The notes under the pieces: model-generated
Told to the model about the DNA's origin: nothing
Databases searched by the model: none
Seen by the model: the letters and a program-made list of their open reading frames with translations, nothing else
NCBI GenBank assembly: GCA_964016885.1
Contig: OZ024741.1
Location: 48,360,001-48,424,000, forward strand
Direction: 5' to 3'
Source: Eledone cirrhosa
Taxonomy: Eukaryota
Length of the DNA stretch: 64,000 bases
Translations under genes and position numbers: made by a program
Shown here: positions 1 to 14,700 of the stretch, piece by piece
Layout of the letters: each line of letters begins with the position of its first letter
Position numbering within the stretch: position 1 is the first letter of the stretch

Positions 1-1959
1 CCTCAATCTTCATGTAAACCCACACTGTATGCACTCTACCATTCTCAATCTTCATATAAACCCACACTGTATTGCCCTCTACCATCCTCAATCTTCATGT
101 AAACCCACACTGTATTGCCCTCTACCATTCTCAATCTTCATATAAACCCACACTGTATTGCCCTCTACCATCCTCAATCTTCATGTAAACCCACACTGTA
201 TTGCCCTCTACCATTCTCAATCTTCATATAAACCCACACTGTATTGCCCTCTACGTTTCTCAATCTTCATATAAACCCACACTGTATTGCCCTCTACCAT
301 CCTCAATCTTCATGTAAACCCACACTGTATTGCCCTCTACCATCCTCAATCTTCATGTAAACCCACACTGTATTGCCCTCTACCATCCTCAATCTTCATG
401 TAAACCCACACTGTATTGCCCTCTACCATTCTCAATCTTCATGTAAACCCACGCTGTATTGCCCTCTACCATTCTCAATCTTCATATAAACCCACACTGT
501 ATTGCCCTCTACCATCCTCAATCTTCATGTAAACCCACACTGTATTGCCCTCTACCATTCTCAATCTTCATATAAACCCACACTGTATTGCCCTCTACGT
601 TTCTCAATCTTCATATAAACCCACACTGTATTGCCCTCTACCATCCTCAATCTTCATGTAAACCCACACTGTATTGCCCTCTACCATCCTCAATCTTCAT
701 GTAAACCCACACTGTATTGCCCTCTACCATCCTCAATCTTCATGTAAACCCACACTGTATTGCCCTCTACCATTCTCAATCTTCATGTAAACCCACGCTG
801 TATTGCCCTCTACCACTCTCAATCTTCATGTAAACCCACACTGTATGGCCTCTACCATCCTCAATCTTCATGTAAACCCACACTTTATTGCCCTCTACCA
901 TTCTCAATCTTCATATAAACCCACAGTGTATTGCCCTCTACTATTCTCAATCTTCATATAAACCCACACTGTATTGCCTCTACCATCCTCAATCTTCATA
1001 TAAACCCACACTGTATTGCCCTCTACCATTCTCAATCTTCATGTAAACCGACACTGTATTGCCCTCTACCATTCTCAATCTTCATATAAACCCACAGTGT
1101 ATTGCCCTCTACCATTCTCAATCTTCATATAAACCCACACTGTATTGCCTCTACCATCCTCAATCTTCATATAAACCCAAACTGTATTGCCCTCTACCAT
1201 TCTCAATTTTCATGTAAACCCACGCTGTATTGCCCTCTACCATCCTCAATCTTCATATAAAACCACACTGTATTGCCCTCTACCACCCTCAATCTTCATG
1301 TAAACCCACACTGGATTGCCCTCTACCATCCTCAATCTTCATGTAAACCCACACTGTATTGCCCTCTACCATCCTCAATCTTCATATAAACCCACACTGT
1401 ATTGCCCTCTACCATTCTTAATCTTCATGTAAACCCACACTGTATTGCCCTCTAACATTCTCAATCTTCATATAAACCCACACTGTATTGCCCTCTACCA
1501 TTCTCAATCTTCATATAAACCCACACTGTATTGCCCTCTACCATTCTCAATCTTCATATAAACCCACACTGTATTGCCCTCTACCACCCTCAATCTTCAT
1601 GTAAACCCACACTGTATTGCCCTCTAACATTCTCAATCTTCATATAAACCCACACTGTATTGCCCTCTACCATTCTCAATCTTCATATAAACCCACACTG
1701 TATTGCCCTCTACCATTCTCAATCTTCATGTAAACCCACACTGTATTGCCCTCTACCACCCTCAATCTTCATGTAAACCCACACTGTATTGCCCTCTACC
1801 ATTCTCAATCTTCATGTAAACCCACACTGTATTGCCCTCTACCATTCTCAATCTTCATGTAAACCCACACTGTATTGCCCTCTACCATCCTCAATCTTCA
1901 TATAAACCCACACTGTATTGCCCTCTACCATCCTCAATCTTCATGTAAACCGACACTGT

Positions 1960-4900
1960 ATTGCTCTCTACCATGCTCAATCTTCATGTAAACCGACACT
2001 GTATTATCCTCTACCATCATCAATCTTCATATAAACCCACACTGTATTGCCCTCTACCATTCTCAATCTTCATGTAAACCCACACTGTATTGCTGTCTAC
2101 CATCCTCAATCTTCATATAAACCCACTCTGTATTGCCCTCTACCACTCTCAATCTTCATGTAAACCCACACTGTATGGCCTCTACCATCCTCAATCTTCA
2201 TATAAACCACACTGTATGGCCTCTACCATCCTCAATCTTCATATAAACCCACACTGTATTGCCCTCTAACATTCTCAATCTTCATATAAACACACACTGT
2301 ATTGCTCTCTACCATTCTCAATCTTCATGTAAACCCACACTGTATTGCCCTCTACCATGCTCAATCTTCATATAAACCCACACTGTATTGCCCTCTACCA
2401 TGCTCAATCTTCATATAAACCCACACTGTATTGCCCTCTACCATGCTCAATCTTCATATAAACCCACACTGTATTGCCCTCTACCATCCTCAATCTTCAT
2501 GTAAACCCACACTGTATTGCCCTCCACCTTTCTCAATCTTCATATAAACCCAAACTGTATTGCCCTCTACCATCCTCAATCTTCATGTAAACCCACACTG
2601 TATGCACTCTACCATTCTCAATCTTCATATAAACCCACACTGTATTGCCCTCTACCATCCTCAATCTTCATGTAAACCCACACTGTATTGCCCTCTACCA
2701 TTCTCAATCTTCATATAAACCCACACTGTATTGCCCTCTACCATCCTCAATCTTCATGTAAACCCACACTGTATTGCCCTCTACCATTCTCAATCTTCAT
2801 ATAAACCCACACTGTATTGCCCTCTACGTTTCTCAATCTTCATATAAACCCACACTGTATTTCCCTCTACCATCCTCAATCTTCATGTAAACCCACACTG
2901 TATTGCCCTCTACCATCCTCAATCTTCATGTAAACCCACACTGTATTGCCCTCTACCATCCTCAATCTTCATGTAAACCCACACTGTATTGCCCTCTACC
3001 ATTCTCAATCTTCATGTAAACCCACGCTGTATTGCCCTCTACCACTCTCAATCTTCATGTAAACCCACACTGTATGGCCTCTACCATCCTCAATCTTCAT
3101 GTAAACCCACACTGTATTGCCCTCTACCATTCTCAATATTCATATAAACCCACACTGTATTGTCCTCTACCATCCTCAATCTTCATATAAAACCACACTC
3201 TATTGCCCTCTACCACCCTCAATCTTCATGTAAACCCACACTGGATTGCCCTCTACCATCCTCAATCTTCATGTAAACGCACACTGTATGCCCTCTACCA
3301 TCCTCATTCTTCATATAAACCCACACTGTATTGCCCTCTACCATCCTCAATCTTCATATAAACCCACACTGTATTGCCCTCTACCATCCTCAATCTTCAT
3401 ATAAACCCACACTGTATTGCCCTCTACCATCCTCAATCTTCATATAAACCCACACTTTATTGCCCTCTACCATTCTCAATCTTCATATAAACCCACAGTG
3501 TATTGCCCTCTACTATTCTCAATCTTCATATAAACCCACACTGTATTGCCTCTACCATCCTCAATCTTCATATAAACCCACACTGTATTGCCCTCTACCA
3601 TTCTCAATCTTCATGTAAACCGACACTGTATTGCCCTCTACCATTCTCAATCTTCATATAAACCCACAGTGTATTGCCCTCTACCATTCTCAATATTCAT
3701 ATAAACCCACACTGTATTGCCTCTACCATCCTCAATCTTCATATAAACCCAAACTGTATTGCCCTCTACCATTCTCAATTTTCATGTAAACCCACACTGT
3801 ATTGCCCTCTACCATCCTCAATCTTCATATAAAACCACACTGTATTGCCCTCTACCACCCTCAATCTTCATGTAAACCCACACTGGATTGCCCTCTACCA
3901 TCCTCAATCTTCATGTAAACCCACACTGTATTGCCCTCTACCATCCTCAATCTTCATATAAACCCACACTGTATTGCCCTCTACCATTCTTAATCTTCAT
4001 GTAAACCCACACTGTATTGCCCTCTAACATTCTCAATCTTCATATAAACCCACACTGTATTGCCCTCTACCATTCTCAATCTTCATATAAACCCACACTG
4101 TATTGCCCTCTACCATTCTCAATCTTCATATAAACCCACACTGTATTGCCCTCTACCACCCTCAATCTTCATGTAAACCCACACTGTATTGCCCTCTAAC
4201 ATTCTCAATCTTCATATAAACCCACACTGTATTGCCCTCTACCATTCTCAATCTTCATATAAACCCACACTGTATTGCCCTCTACCATTCTCAATCTTCA
4301 TGTAAACCCACACTGTATTGCCCTCTACCACCCTCAATCTTCATGTAAACCCACACTGTATTGCCCTCTACCATTCTCAATCTTCATGTAAACCCACACT
4401 GTATTGCCCTCTACCATTCTCAATCTTCATGTAAACCCACACTGTATTGCCCTCTACCATCCTCAATCTTCATATAAACCCACACTGTATTGCCCTCTAC
4501 CATCCTCAATCTTCATGTAAACCGACACTGTATTGCCCTCTACCATCCTCAATCTTCATATAAACCCACACTTTATTGCCCTCTACCATCCTCAATCTTC
4601 ATATAAACCCACACTGTATTGCCCTCTACCATTCTCAATCTTCATGTAAACCCACACTGTATTGCTCTCTACCATCCTCAATCTTCATATAAACCCACAC
4701 TGTATTGCCCTCTACCATTCTCAATCTTCATGTAAACCCACACTGTATTGCTCTCTACCATCCTCAATCTTCATATAAACCCACACTGTATTGCCCTCTA
4801 CCATTCTCAATCTTCATGTAAACCCACACTGTATTGCTCTCTACCATGCTCAATCTTCATATAAACCCACTCTGTATTGCCCTCTACCATTCTCAATCTT

Positions 4901-7900
4901 CATATAAACCCACACTGTATTGCCCTCTACCATCCTCAATCTTCATATAAACCCACACTGTATTGCCCTCTACCATTCTCAATCTTCATGTAAACCCACA
5001 CTGTATTGCTCTCTACCATCCTCAATCTTCATATAAACCCACACTGTATTGCCCTCTACCATTCTCAATCTTCATGTAAACCCACACTGTATTGCTCTCT
5101 ACCATCCTCAATCTTCATATAAACCCACACTGTATTGCCCTCTACCATTCTCAATCTTCATGTAAACCCACACTGTATTGCTCTCTACCATGCTCAATCT
5201 TCATATAAACCCACTCTGTATTGCCCTCTACCATTCTCAATCTTCATATAAACCCACACTGTATTGCTCTCTACCATCCTCAATCTTCATATAAACCCAC
5301 ACTGTATTGCCCTCTACCATTCTCAATCTTCATGTAAACCCACACTGTATTGCTCTCTACCATGCTCAATCTTCATGTAAACCGACACTGTATTATCCTC
5401 TACCATCATCAATCTTCATATAAACCCACACTGTATTGCCCTCTACCATTCTCAATCTTCATGTAAACCCACACTGTATTGCTGTCTACCATCCTCAATC
5501 TTCATATAAACCCACTCTGTATTGCCCTCTACCACTCTCAATCTTCATGTAAACCCACACTGTATGGCCTCTACCATCCTCAATCTTCATATAAACCACA
5601 CTGTATGGCCTCTACCATCCTCAATCTTCATATAAACCCACACTGTATTGCCCTCTAACATTCTCAATCTTCATATAAACACACACTGTATTGCTCTCTA
5701 CCATTCTCAATCTTCATGTAAACCCACACTGTATTGCCCTCTACCATGCTCAATCTTCATATAAACCCACACTGTATTGCCCTCTACCATGCTCAATCTT
5801 CATATAAACCCACACTGTATTGCCCTCTACCATGCTCAATCTTCATATAAACCCACACTGTATTGCCCTCTACCATCCTCAATCTTCATGTAAACCCACA
5901 CTGTATTGCCCTCCACCTTTCTCAATCTTCATATAAACCCACACTGTATTGCCCTCTACCATCCTCAATCTTCATGTAAACCCACACTGTATGCACTCTA
6001 CCATTCTCAATCTTCATATAAACCCACACTGTATTGCCCTCTACCATCCTCAATCTTCATGTAAACCCACACTGTATTGCCCTCTACCATTCTCAATCTT
6101 CATATAAACCCACACTGTATTGCCCTCTACCATCCTCAATCTTCATGTAAACCCACACTGTATTGCCCTCTAACATTCTCAATCTTCATATAAACCCACA
6201 CTGTATTGCCCTCTACCATTCTCAATCTTCATATAAACCCACACTGTATTGCCCTCTACCATTCTCAATCTTCATGTAAACCCACACTGTATTGCCCTCT
6301 ACCACCCTCAATCTTCATGTAAACCCACACTGTATTGCCCTCTACCATTCTCAATCTTCATGTAAACCCACACTGTATTGCCCTCTACCATTCTCAATCT
6401 TCATGTAAACCCACACTGTATTGCCCTCTACCATCCTCAATCTTCATATAAACCCACACTGTATTGCCCTCTACCATCCTCAATCTTCATGTAAACCGAC
6501 ACTGTATTGCCCTCTACCATCCTCAATCTTCATATAAACCCACACTTTATTGCCCTCTACCATCCTCAATCTTCATATAAACCCACACTGTATTGCCCTC
6601 TACCATTCTCAATCTTCATGTAAACCCACACTGTATTGCTCTCTACCATCCTCAATCTTCATATAAACCCACACTGTATTGCCCTCTACCATTCTCAATC
6701 TTCATGTAAACCCACACTGTATTGCTCTCTACCATCCTCAATCTTCATATAAACCCACACTGTATTGCCCTCTACCATTCTCAATCTTCATGTAAACCCA
6801 CACTGTATTGCTCTCTACCATGCTCAATCTTCATATAAACCCACTCTGTATTGCCCTCTACCATTCTCAATCTTCATATAAACCCACACTGTATTGCCCT
6901 CTACCATCCTCAATCTTCATATAAACCCACACTGTATTGCCCTCTACCATTCTCAATCTTCATGTAAACCCACACTGTATTGCTCTCTACCATCCTCAAT
7001 CTTCATATAAACCCACACTGTATTGCCCTCTACCATTCTCAATCTTCATGTAAACCCACACTGTATTGCTCTCTACCATCCTCAATCTTCATATAAACCC
7101 ACACTGTATTGCCCTCTACCATTCTCAATCTTCATGTAATCCCACACTGTATTGCTCTCTACCATGCTCAATCTTCATATAAACCCACTCTGTATTGCCC
7201 TCTACCATTCTCAATCTTCATATAAACCCACACTGTATTGCTCTCTACCATCCTCAATCTTCATATAAACCCACACTGTATTGCCCTCTACCATTCTCAA
7301 TCTTCATGTAAACCCACACTGTATTGCTCTCTACCATGCTCAATCTTCATGTAAACCGACACTGTATTATCCTCTACCATCATCAATCTTCATATAAACC
7401 CACACTGTATTGCCCTCTACCATTCTCAATCTTCATGTAAACCCACACTGTATTGCTGTCTACCATCCTCAATCTTCATATAAACCCACTCTGTATTGCC
7501 CTCTACCACTCTCAATCTTCATGTAAACCCACACTGTATGGCCTCTACCATCCTCAATCTTCATATAAACCACACTGTATGGCCTCTACCATCCTCAATC
7601 TTCATATAAACCCACACTGTATTGCCCTCTAACATTCTCAATCTTCATATAAACACACACTGTATTGCTCTCTACCATTCTCAATCTTCATGTAAACCCA
7701 CACTGTATTGCCCTCTACCATGCTCAATCTTCATATAAACCCACACTGTATTGCCCTCTACCATGCTCAATCTTCATATAAACCCACACTGTATTGCCCT
7801 CTACCATGCTCAATCTTCATATAAACCCACACTGTATTGCCCTCTACCATCCTCAATCTTCATGTAAACCCACACTGTATTGCCCTCCACCTTTCTCAAT

Positions 7901-10880
7901 CTTCATATAAACCCACACTGTATTGCCCTCTACCATCCTCAATCTTCATGTAAACCCACACTGTATGCACTCTACCATTCTCAATCTTCATATAAACCCA
8001 CACTGTATTGCCCTCTACCATCCTCAATCTTCATGTAAACCCACACTGTATTGCCCTCTACCATTCTCAATCTTCATATAAACCCACACTGTATTGCCCT
8101 CTACCATCCTCAATCTTCATGTAAACCCACACTGTATTGCCCTCTACCATTCTCAATCTTCATATAAACCCACACTGTATTGCCCTCTACCACTCTCAAT
8201 CTTCATATAAACCCACACTGTATTTCCCTCTACCATCCTCAATCTTCATGTAAACCCACACTGTATTGCCCTCTACCATCCTCAATCTTCATGTAAACCC
8301 ACACTGTATTGCCCTCTACCATCCTCAATCTTCATGTAAACCCACACTGTATTGCCCTCTACCATTCTCAATCTTCATGTAAACCCACGCTGTATTGCCC
8401 TCTACCACTCTCAATCTTCATGTAAACCCACACTGTATGGCCTCTACCATCCTCAATCTTCATGTAAACCCACACTGTATTGCCCTCTACCATTCTCAAT
8501 ATTCATATAAACCCACACTGTATTGTCCTCTACCATCCTCAATCTTCATATAAAACCACACTCTATTGCCCTCTACCACCCTCAATCTTCATGTAAACCC
8601 ACACTGGATTGCCCTCTACCATCCTCAATCTTCATGTAAACGCACACTGTATGCCCTCTACCATCCTCATTCTTCATATAAACCCACACTGTATTGCCCT
8701 CTACCATCCTCAATCTTCATATAAACCCACACTGTATTGCCCTCTACCATCCTCAATCTTCATATAAACCCACACTGTATTGCCCTCTACCATCCTCAAT
8801 CTTCATATAAACCCACACTTTATTGCCCTCTACCATTCTCAATCTTCATATAAACCCACAGTGTATTGCCCTCTACTATTCTCAATCTTCATATAAACCC
8901 ACACTGTATTGCCTCTACCATCCTCAATCTTCATATAAACCCACACTGTATTGCCCTCTACCATTCTCAATCTTCATGTAAACCGACACTGTATTGCCCT
9001 CTACCATTCTCAATCTTCATATAAACCCACAGTGTATTGCCCTCTACCATTCTCAATATTCATATAAACCCACACTGTATTGCCTCTACCATCCTCAATC
9101 TTCATATAAACCCAAACTGTATTGCCCTCTACCATTCTCAATTTTCATGTAAACCCACACTGTATTGCCCTCTACCATCCTCAATCTTCATATAAAACCA
9201 CACTGTATTGCCCTCTACCACCCTCAATCTTCATGTAAACCCACACTGGATTGCCCTCTACCATCCTCAATCTTCATGTAAACCCACACTGTATTGCCCT
9301 CTACCATCCTCAATCTTCATATAAACCCACACTGTATTGCCCTCTACCATTCTTAATCTTCATGTAAACCCACACTGTATTGCCCTCTAACATTCTCAAT
9401 CTTCATATAAACCCACACTGTATTGCCCTCTACCATTCTCAATCTTCATATAAACCCACACTGTATTGCCCTCTACCATTCTCAATCTTCATATAAACCC
9501 ACACTGTATTGCCCTCTACCACCCTCAATCTTCATGTAAACCCACACTGTATTGCCCTCTAACATTCTCAATCTTCATATAAACCCACACTGTATTGCCC
9601 TCTACCATTCTCAATCTTCATATAAACCCACACTGTATTGCCCTCTACCATTCTCAATCTTCATGTAAACCCACACTGTATTGCCCTCTACCACCCTCAA
9701 TCTTCATGTAAACCCACACTGTATTGCCCTCTACCATTCTCAATCTTCATGTAAACCCACACTGTATTGCCCTCTACCATTCTCAATCTTCATGTAAACC
9801 CACACTGTATTGCCCTCTACCATCCTCAATCTTCATATAAACCCACACTGTATTGCCCTCTACCATCCTCAATCTTCATGTAAACCGACACTGTATTGCC
9901 CTCTACCATCCTCAATCTTCATATAAACCCACACTTTATTGCCCTCTACCATCCTCAATCTTCATATAAACCCACACTGTATTGCCCTCTACCATTCTCA
10001 ATCTTCATGTAAACCCACACTGTATTGCTCTCTACCATCCTCAATCTTCATATAAACCCACACTGTATTGCCCTCTACCATTCTCAATCTTCATGTAAAC
10101 CCACACTGTATTGCTCTCTACCATCCTCAATCTTCATATAAACCCACACTGTATTGCCCTCTACCATTCTCAATCTTCATGTAAACCCACACTGTATTGC
10201 TCTCTACCATGCTCAATCTTCATATAAACCCACTCTGTATTGCCCTCTACCATTCTCAATCTTCATATAAACCCACACTGTATTGCCCTCTACCATCCTC
10301 AATCTTCATATAAACCCACACTGTATTGCCCTCTACCATTCTCAATCTTCATGTAAACCCACACTGTATTGCTCTCTACCATCCTCAATCTTCATATAAA
10401 CCCACACTGTATTGCCCTCTACCATTCTCAATCTTCATGTAAACCCACACTGTATTGCTCTCTACCATCCTCAATCTTCATATAAACCCACACTGTATTG
10501 CCCTCTACCATTCTCAATCTTCATGTAAACCCACACTGTATTGCTCTCTACCATGCTCAATCTTCATATAAACCCACTCTGTATTGCCCTCTACCATTCT
10601 CAATCTTCATATAAACCCACACTGTATTGCTCTCTACCATCCTCAATCTTCATATAAACCCACACTGTATTGCCCTCTACCATTCTCAATCTTCATGTAA
10701 ACCCACACTGTATTGCTCTCTACCATGCTCAATCTTCATGTAAACCGACACTGTATTATCCTCTACCATCATCAATCTTCATATAAACCCACACTGTATT
10801 GCCCTCTACCATTCTCAATCTTCATGTAAACCCACACTGTTTTGCTGTCTACCATCCTCAATCTTCATATAAACCCACTC
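1960..10880. repeat. Segmental duplication at offset 5,363 bp (~1.96-5.52 kb copied at ~7.32-10.88 kb), composed of 3,389 + 1,974 bp steps
   Basis: The rare variant TATTTCCCTC is at 2858 and 8221. TATTATCCTCTACCATCATC is at 2002, 5391, 7365 and 10754 (differences 3389, 1974, 3389). Confidence 0.85.
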
Positions 10881-10919
10881 TGTATTGCCCTCTACCATTC
10901 TCAATCTTCATATAAACCC

Positions 10920-11700
10920 ACACTGTATTGTCCTCTACCATTCTCAATCTTCATGTAAACCCACACTGTATTGCCCTTTACCATTCTCAATCTTCATGTA
11001 AACCCACACTGTATTGCCCTCTACCATTCTCAATCTTCATGTAAAACCCATACTGTATTGCCCTCTACCATCCTCAATCTTCATGTAAACCCACAATGTA
11101 TTGCCCTCTACCATCCTCAATCTTCATATAAACCCACACTGTATTGCCCATCACCATAGTCAATCTTCATATAAACCAACACTGTATTGCCCTCTACCAT
11201 CCTCAATCTTCATGTAAACCAATACTGTATTGCCCTCTACCATCCTCAATCTTCATGTAAACCCACATTGTATTGCCCTCTACCATCCTCAATCTTCATG
11301 TAAACCCACACTGTATTGTCCTCTACCATTCTCAATCTTCATGTAAACCCACACTGTATTGCCCTTTACCATTCTCAATCTTCATGTAAACCCACACTGT
11401 ATTGCCCTCTACCATTCTCAATCTTCATGTAAAACCCATACTGTATTGCCCTCTACCATCCTCAATCTTCATGTAAACCCACAATGTATTGCCCTCTACC
11501 ATCCTCAATCTTCATATAAACCCACACTGTATTGCCCATCACCATAGTCAATCTTCATATAAACCAACACTGTATTGCCCTCTACCATCCTCAATCTTCA
11601 TGTAAACCAATACTGTATTGCCCTCTACCATCCTCAATCTTCATGTAAACCCACATTGTATTGCCCTCTACCATCCTCAATCTTCATGTAAACCCACACT
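10920..11700. repeat. Tandem duplication of a 9-monomer (388 bp) block
   Basis: Identical ORF-track entries at 10971 and 11359. 388 = 9x43+1, explained by the 44-bp AAAACCCATAC monomer. Confidence 0.9.
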
Positions 11701-14700
11701 GTATTGCCCTCTACCATCCCCAATCTTCATATAAACCCACACTGTATTGCCCTCTACCATCCTCAATCTTCATGTAAACCCACACTCTATGGCCTCTACC
11801 ATCCTCAATCGTCATGTAAACCCACACTGTATTGCCCTCTACCATTCTCAATATTCATATAAACCCACACTGTATTGCCCTCTACCATCCTCAATCTTCA
11901 TATAAACCACACTGTATGGCCTCTACCATCCTCAATCTTCATATAAACCCACACTGTATTGCCCTCTAACATTCTCAATCTTCATATAAACACACACTGT
12001 ATTGCTCTCTACCATTCTCAATCTTCATGTAAACCCACACTGTATTGCCCTCTACCATGCTCAATCTTCATATAAACCCACACTGTATTGCCCTCTACCA
12101 TCCTCAATCTTCATGTAAACCCACACTGTATTGCCCTCCACCTTTCTCAATCTTCATATAAACCCACACTGTATTGCCCTCTACCATCCTCAATCTTTAT
12201 GTAAACCCACACTGTATGCACTCTACCATTCTCAATCTTCATATAAACCCACACTGTATTGCCCTCTACCATCCTCAATCTTCATGTAAACCCACACTGT
12301 ATTGCCCTCTACCATCCTCAATCTTCATGTAAACCCACACTGTATTGCCCTCTACGTTTCTCAATCTTCATATAAACCCACACTGTATTGCCCTCTACCA
12401 TCCTCAATCTTCATGTAAACCCACACTGTATTGCCCTCTACCATCCTCAATCTTCATGTAAACCCACACTGTATTGCCCTCTACCATCCTCAATCTTCAT
12501 GTAAACCCACACTGTATTGCCCTCTACCATTCTCAATCTTCATGTAAACCCACGCTGTATTGCCCTCTACCACTCTCAATCTTCATGTAAACCCACACTG
12601 TATGGCCTCTACCATCCTCAATCTTCATGTAAACCCACACTGTATTGCCCTCTACCATTCTCAATATTCATATAAACCCACACTGTATTGTCCTCTACCA
12701 TCCTCAATCTTCATATAAAACCACACTCTATTGCCCTCTACCACCCTCAATCTTCATGTAAACCCACACTGGATTGCCCTCTACCATCCTCAATCTTCAT
12801 GTAAACGCACACTGTATGCCCTCTACCATCCTCATTCTTCATATAAACCCACACTGTATTGCCCTCTACCATCCTCAATCTTCATATAAACCCACACTGT
12901 ATTGCCCTCTACCATCCTCAATCTTCATATAAACCCACACTGTATTGCCCTCTACCATCCTCAATCTTCATATAAACCCACACTTTATTGCCCTCTACCA
13001 TTCTCAATCTTCATATAAACCCACAGTGTATTGCCCTCTACCATTCTCAATCTTCATATAAACCCACACTGTATTGCCCTCTACGTTTCTCAATCTTCAT
13101 ATAAACCCACACTGTATTGCCCTCTACCATCCTCAATCTTCATGTAAACCCACACTGTATTGCCCTCTACCATCCTCAATCTTCATTTAAACCCACACTG
13201 TATTGCCCTCTACCATCCTCAATCTTCATGTAAACCCACACTGTATTGCCCTCTACCATCCTCAATCTTCATGTAAACCCACACTGTATTGCCCTCTACG
13301 TTTCTCAATCTTCATATAAACCCACACTGTATTATCCTCTACCATCATCAATCTTCATATAAACCCACACTGTATTGCCCTCTACCATTCTCAATCTTCA
13401 TGTAAACCCACACTGTATTGCTGTCTACCATCCTAAATCTTCATATAAACCCACTCTGTATTGCCCTCTACCATTCTCAATCTTCATATAAACCCACACT
13501 GTATTGTCCTCTACCATTCTCAATCTTCATGTGAACCCACACTGTATTGCCCTTTACCATTCTCAATCTTCATATAAACCCACTCTGTATTGCCCTCTAC
13601 CATTCTCAATCTTCATATAAACCCACACTGTATTGTCCTCTACCATTCTCAATCTTCATGTAAACCCACACTGTATTGCCCTTTACCATTCTCAATCTTC
13701 ATGTAAACCCACACTGTATTGCCCTCTACCATTCTCAATCTTCATGTAAAACCCATACTGTATTGCCCTCTACCATCCTCAATCTTCATGTAAACCCACA
13801 ATGTATTGCCCTCTACCATCCTCAATCTTCATATAAACCCACACTGTATTGCCCATCACCATAGTCAATCTTCATATAAACCAACACTGTATTGCCCTCT
13901 ACCATCCTCAATCTTCATGTAAACCAATACTGTATTGCCCTCTACCATCCTCAATCTTCATGTAAACCCACATTGTATTGCCCTCTACCATCCTCAATCT
14001 TCATGTAAACCCACACTGTATTGCCCTCTACCATCCCCAATCTTCATATAAACCCACACTGTATTGCCCTCTACCATCCTCAATCTTCATGTAAACCCAC
14101 ACTCTATGGCCTCTACCATCCTCAATCGTCATGTAAACCCACACTGTATTGCCCTCTACCATTCTCAATATTCATATAAACCCACACTGTATTGCCCTCT
14201 ACCATCCTCAATCTTCATATAAACCACACTGTATGGCCTCTACCATCCTCAATCTTCATATAAACCCACACTGTATTGCCCTCTAACATTCTCAATCTTC
14301 ATATAAACACACACTGTATTGCTCTCTACCATTCTCAATCTTCATGTAAACCCACACTGTATTGCCCTCTACCATGCTCAATCTTCATATAAACCCACAC
14401 TGTATTGCCCTCTACCATCCTCAATCTTCATGTAAACCCACACTGTATTGCCCTCCACCTTTCTCAATCTTCATATAAACCCACACTGTATTGCCCTCTA
14501 CCATCCTCAATCTTCATGTAAACCCACACTGTATGCACTCTACCATTCTCAATCTTCATATAAACCCACACTGTATTGCCCTCTACCATCCTCAATCTTC
14601 ATGTAAACCCACACTGTATTGCCCTCTACCATCCTCAATCTTCATGTAAACCCACACTGTATTGCCCTCTACGTTTCTCAATCTTCATATAAACCCACAC

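Noticed and set aside
54-60. TATA-box-like TATAAA in A-type monomers
   Set aside because: It occurs hundreds of times as one allele of the R site, with no gene or other promoter context.
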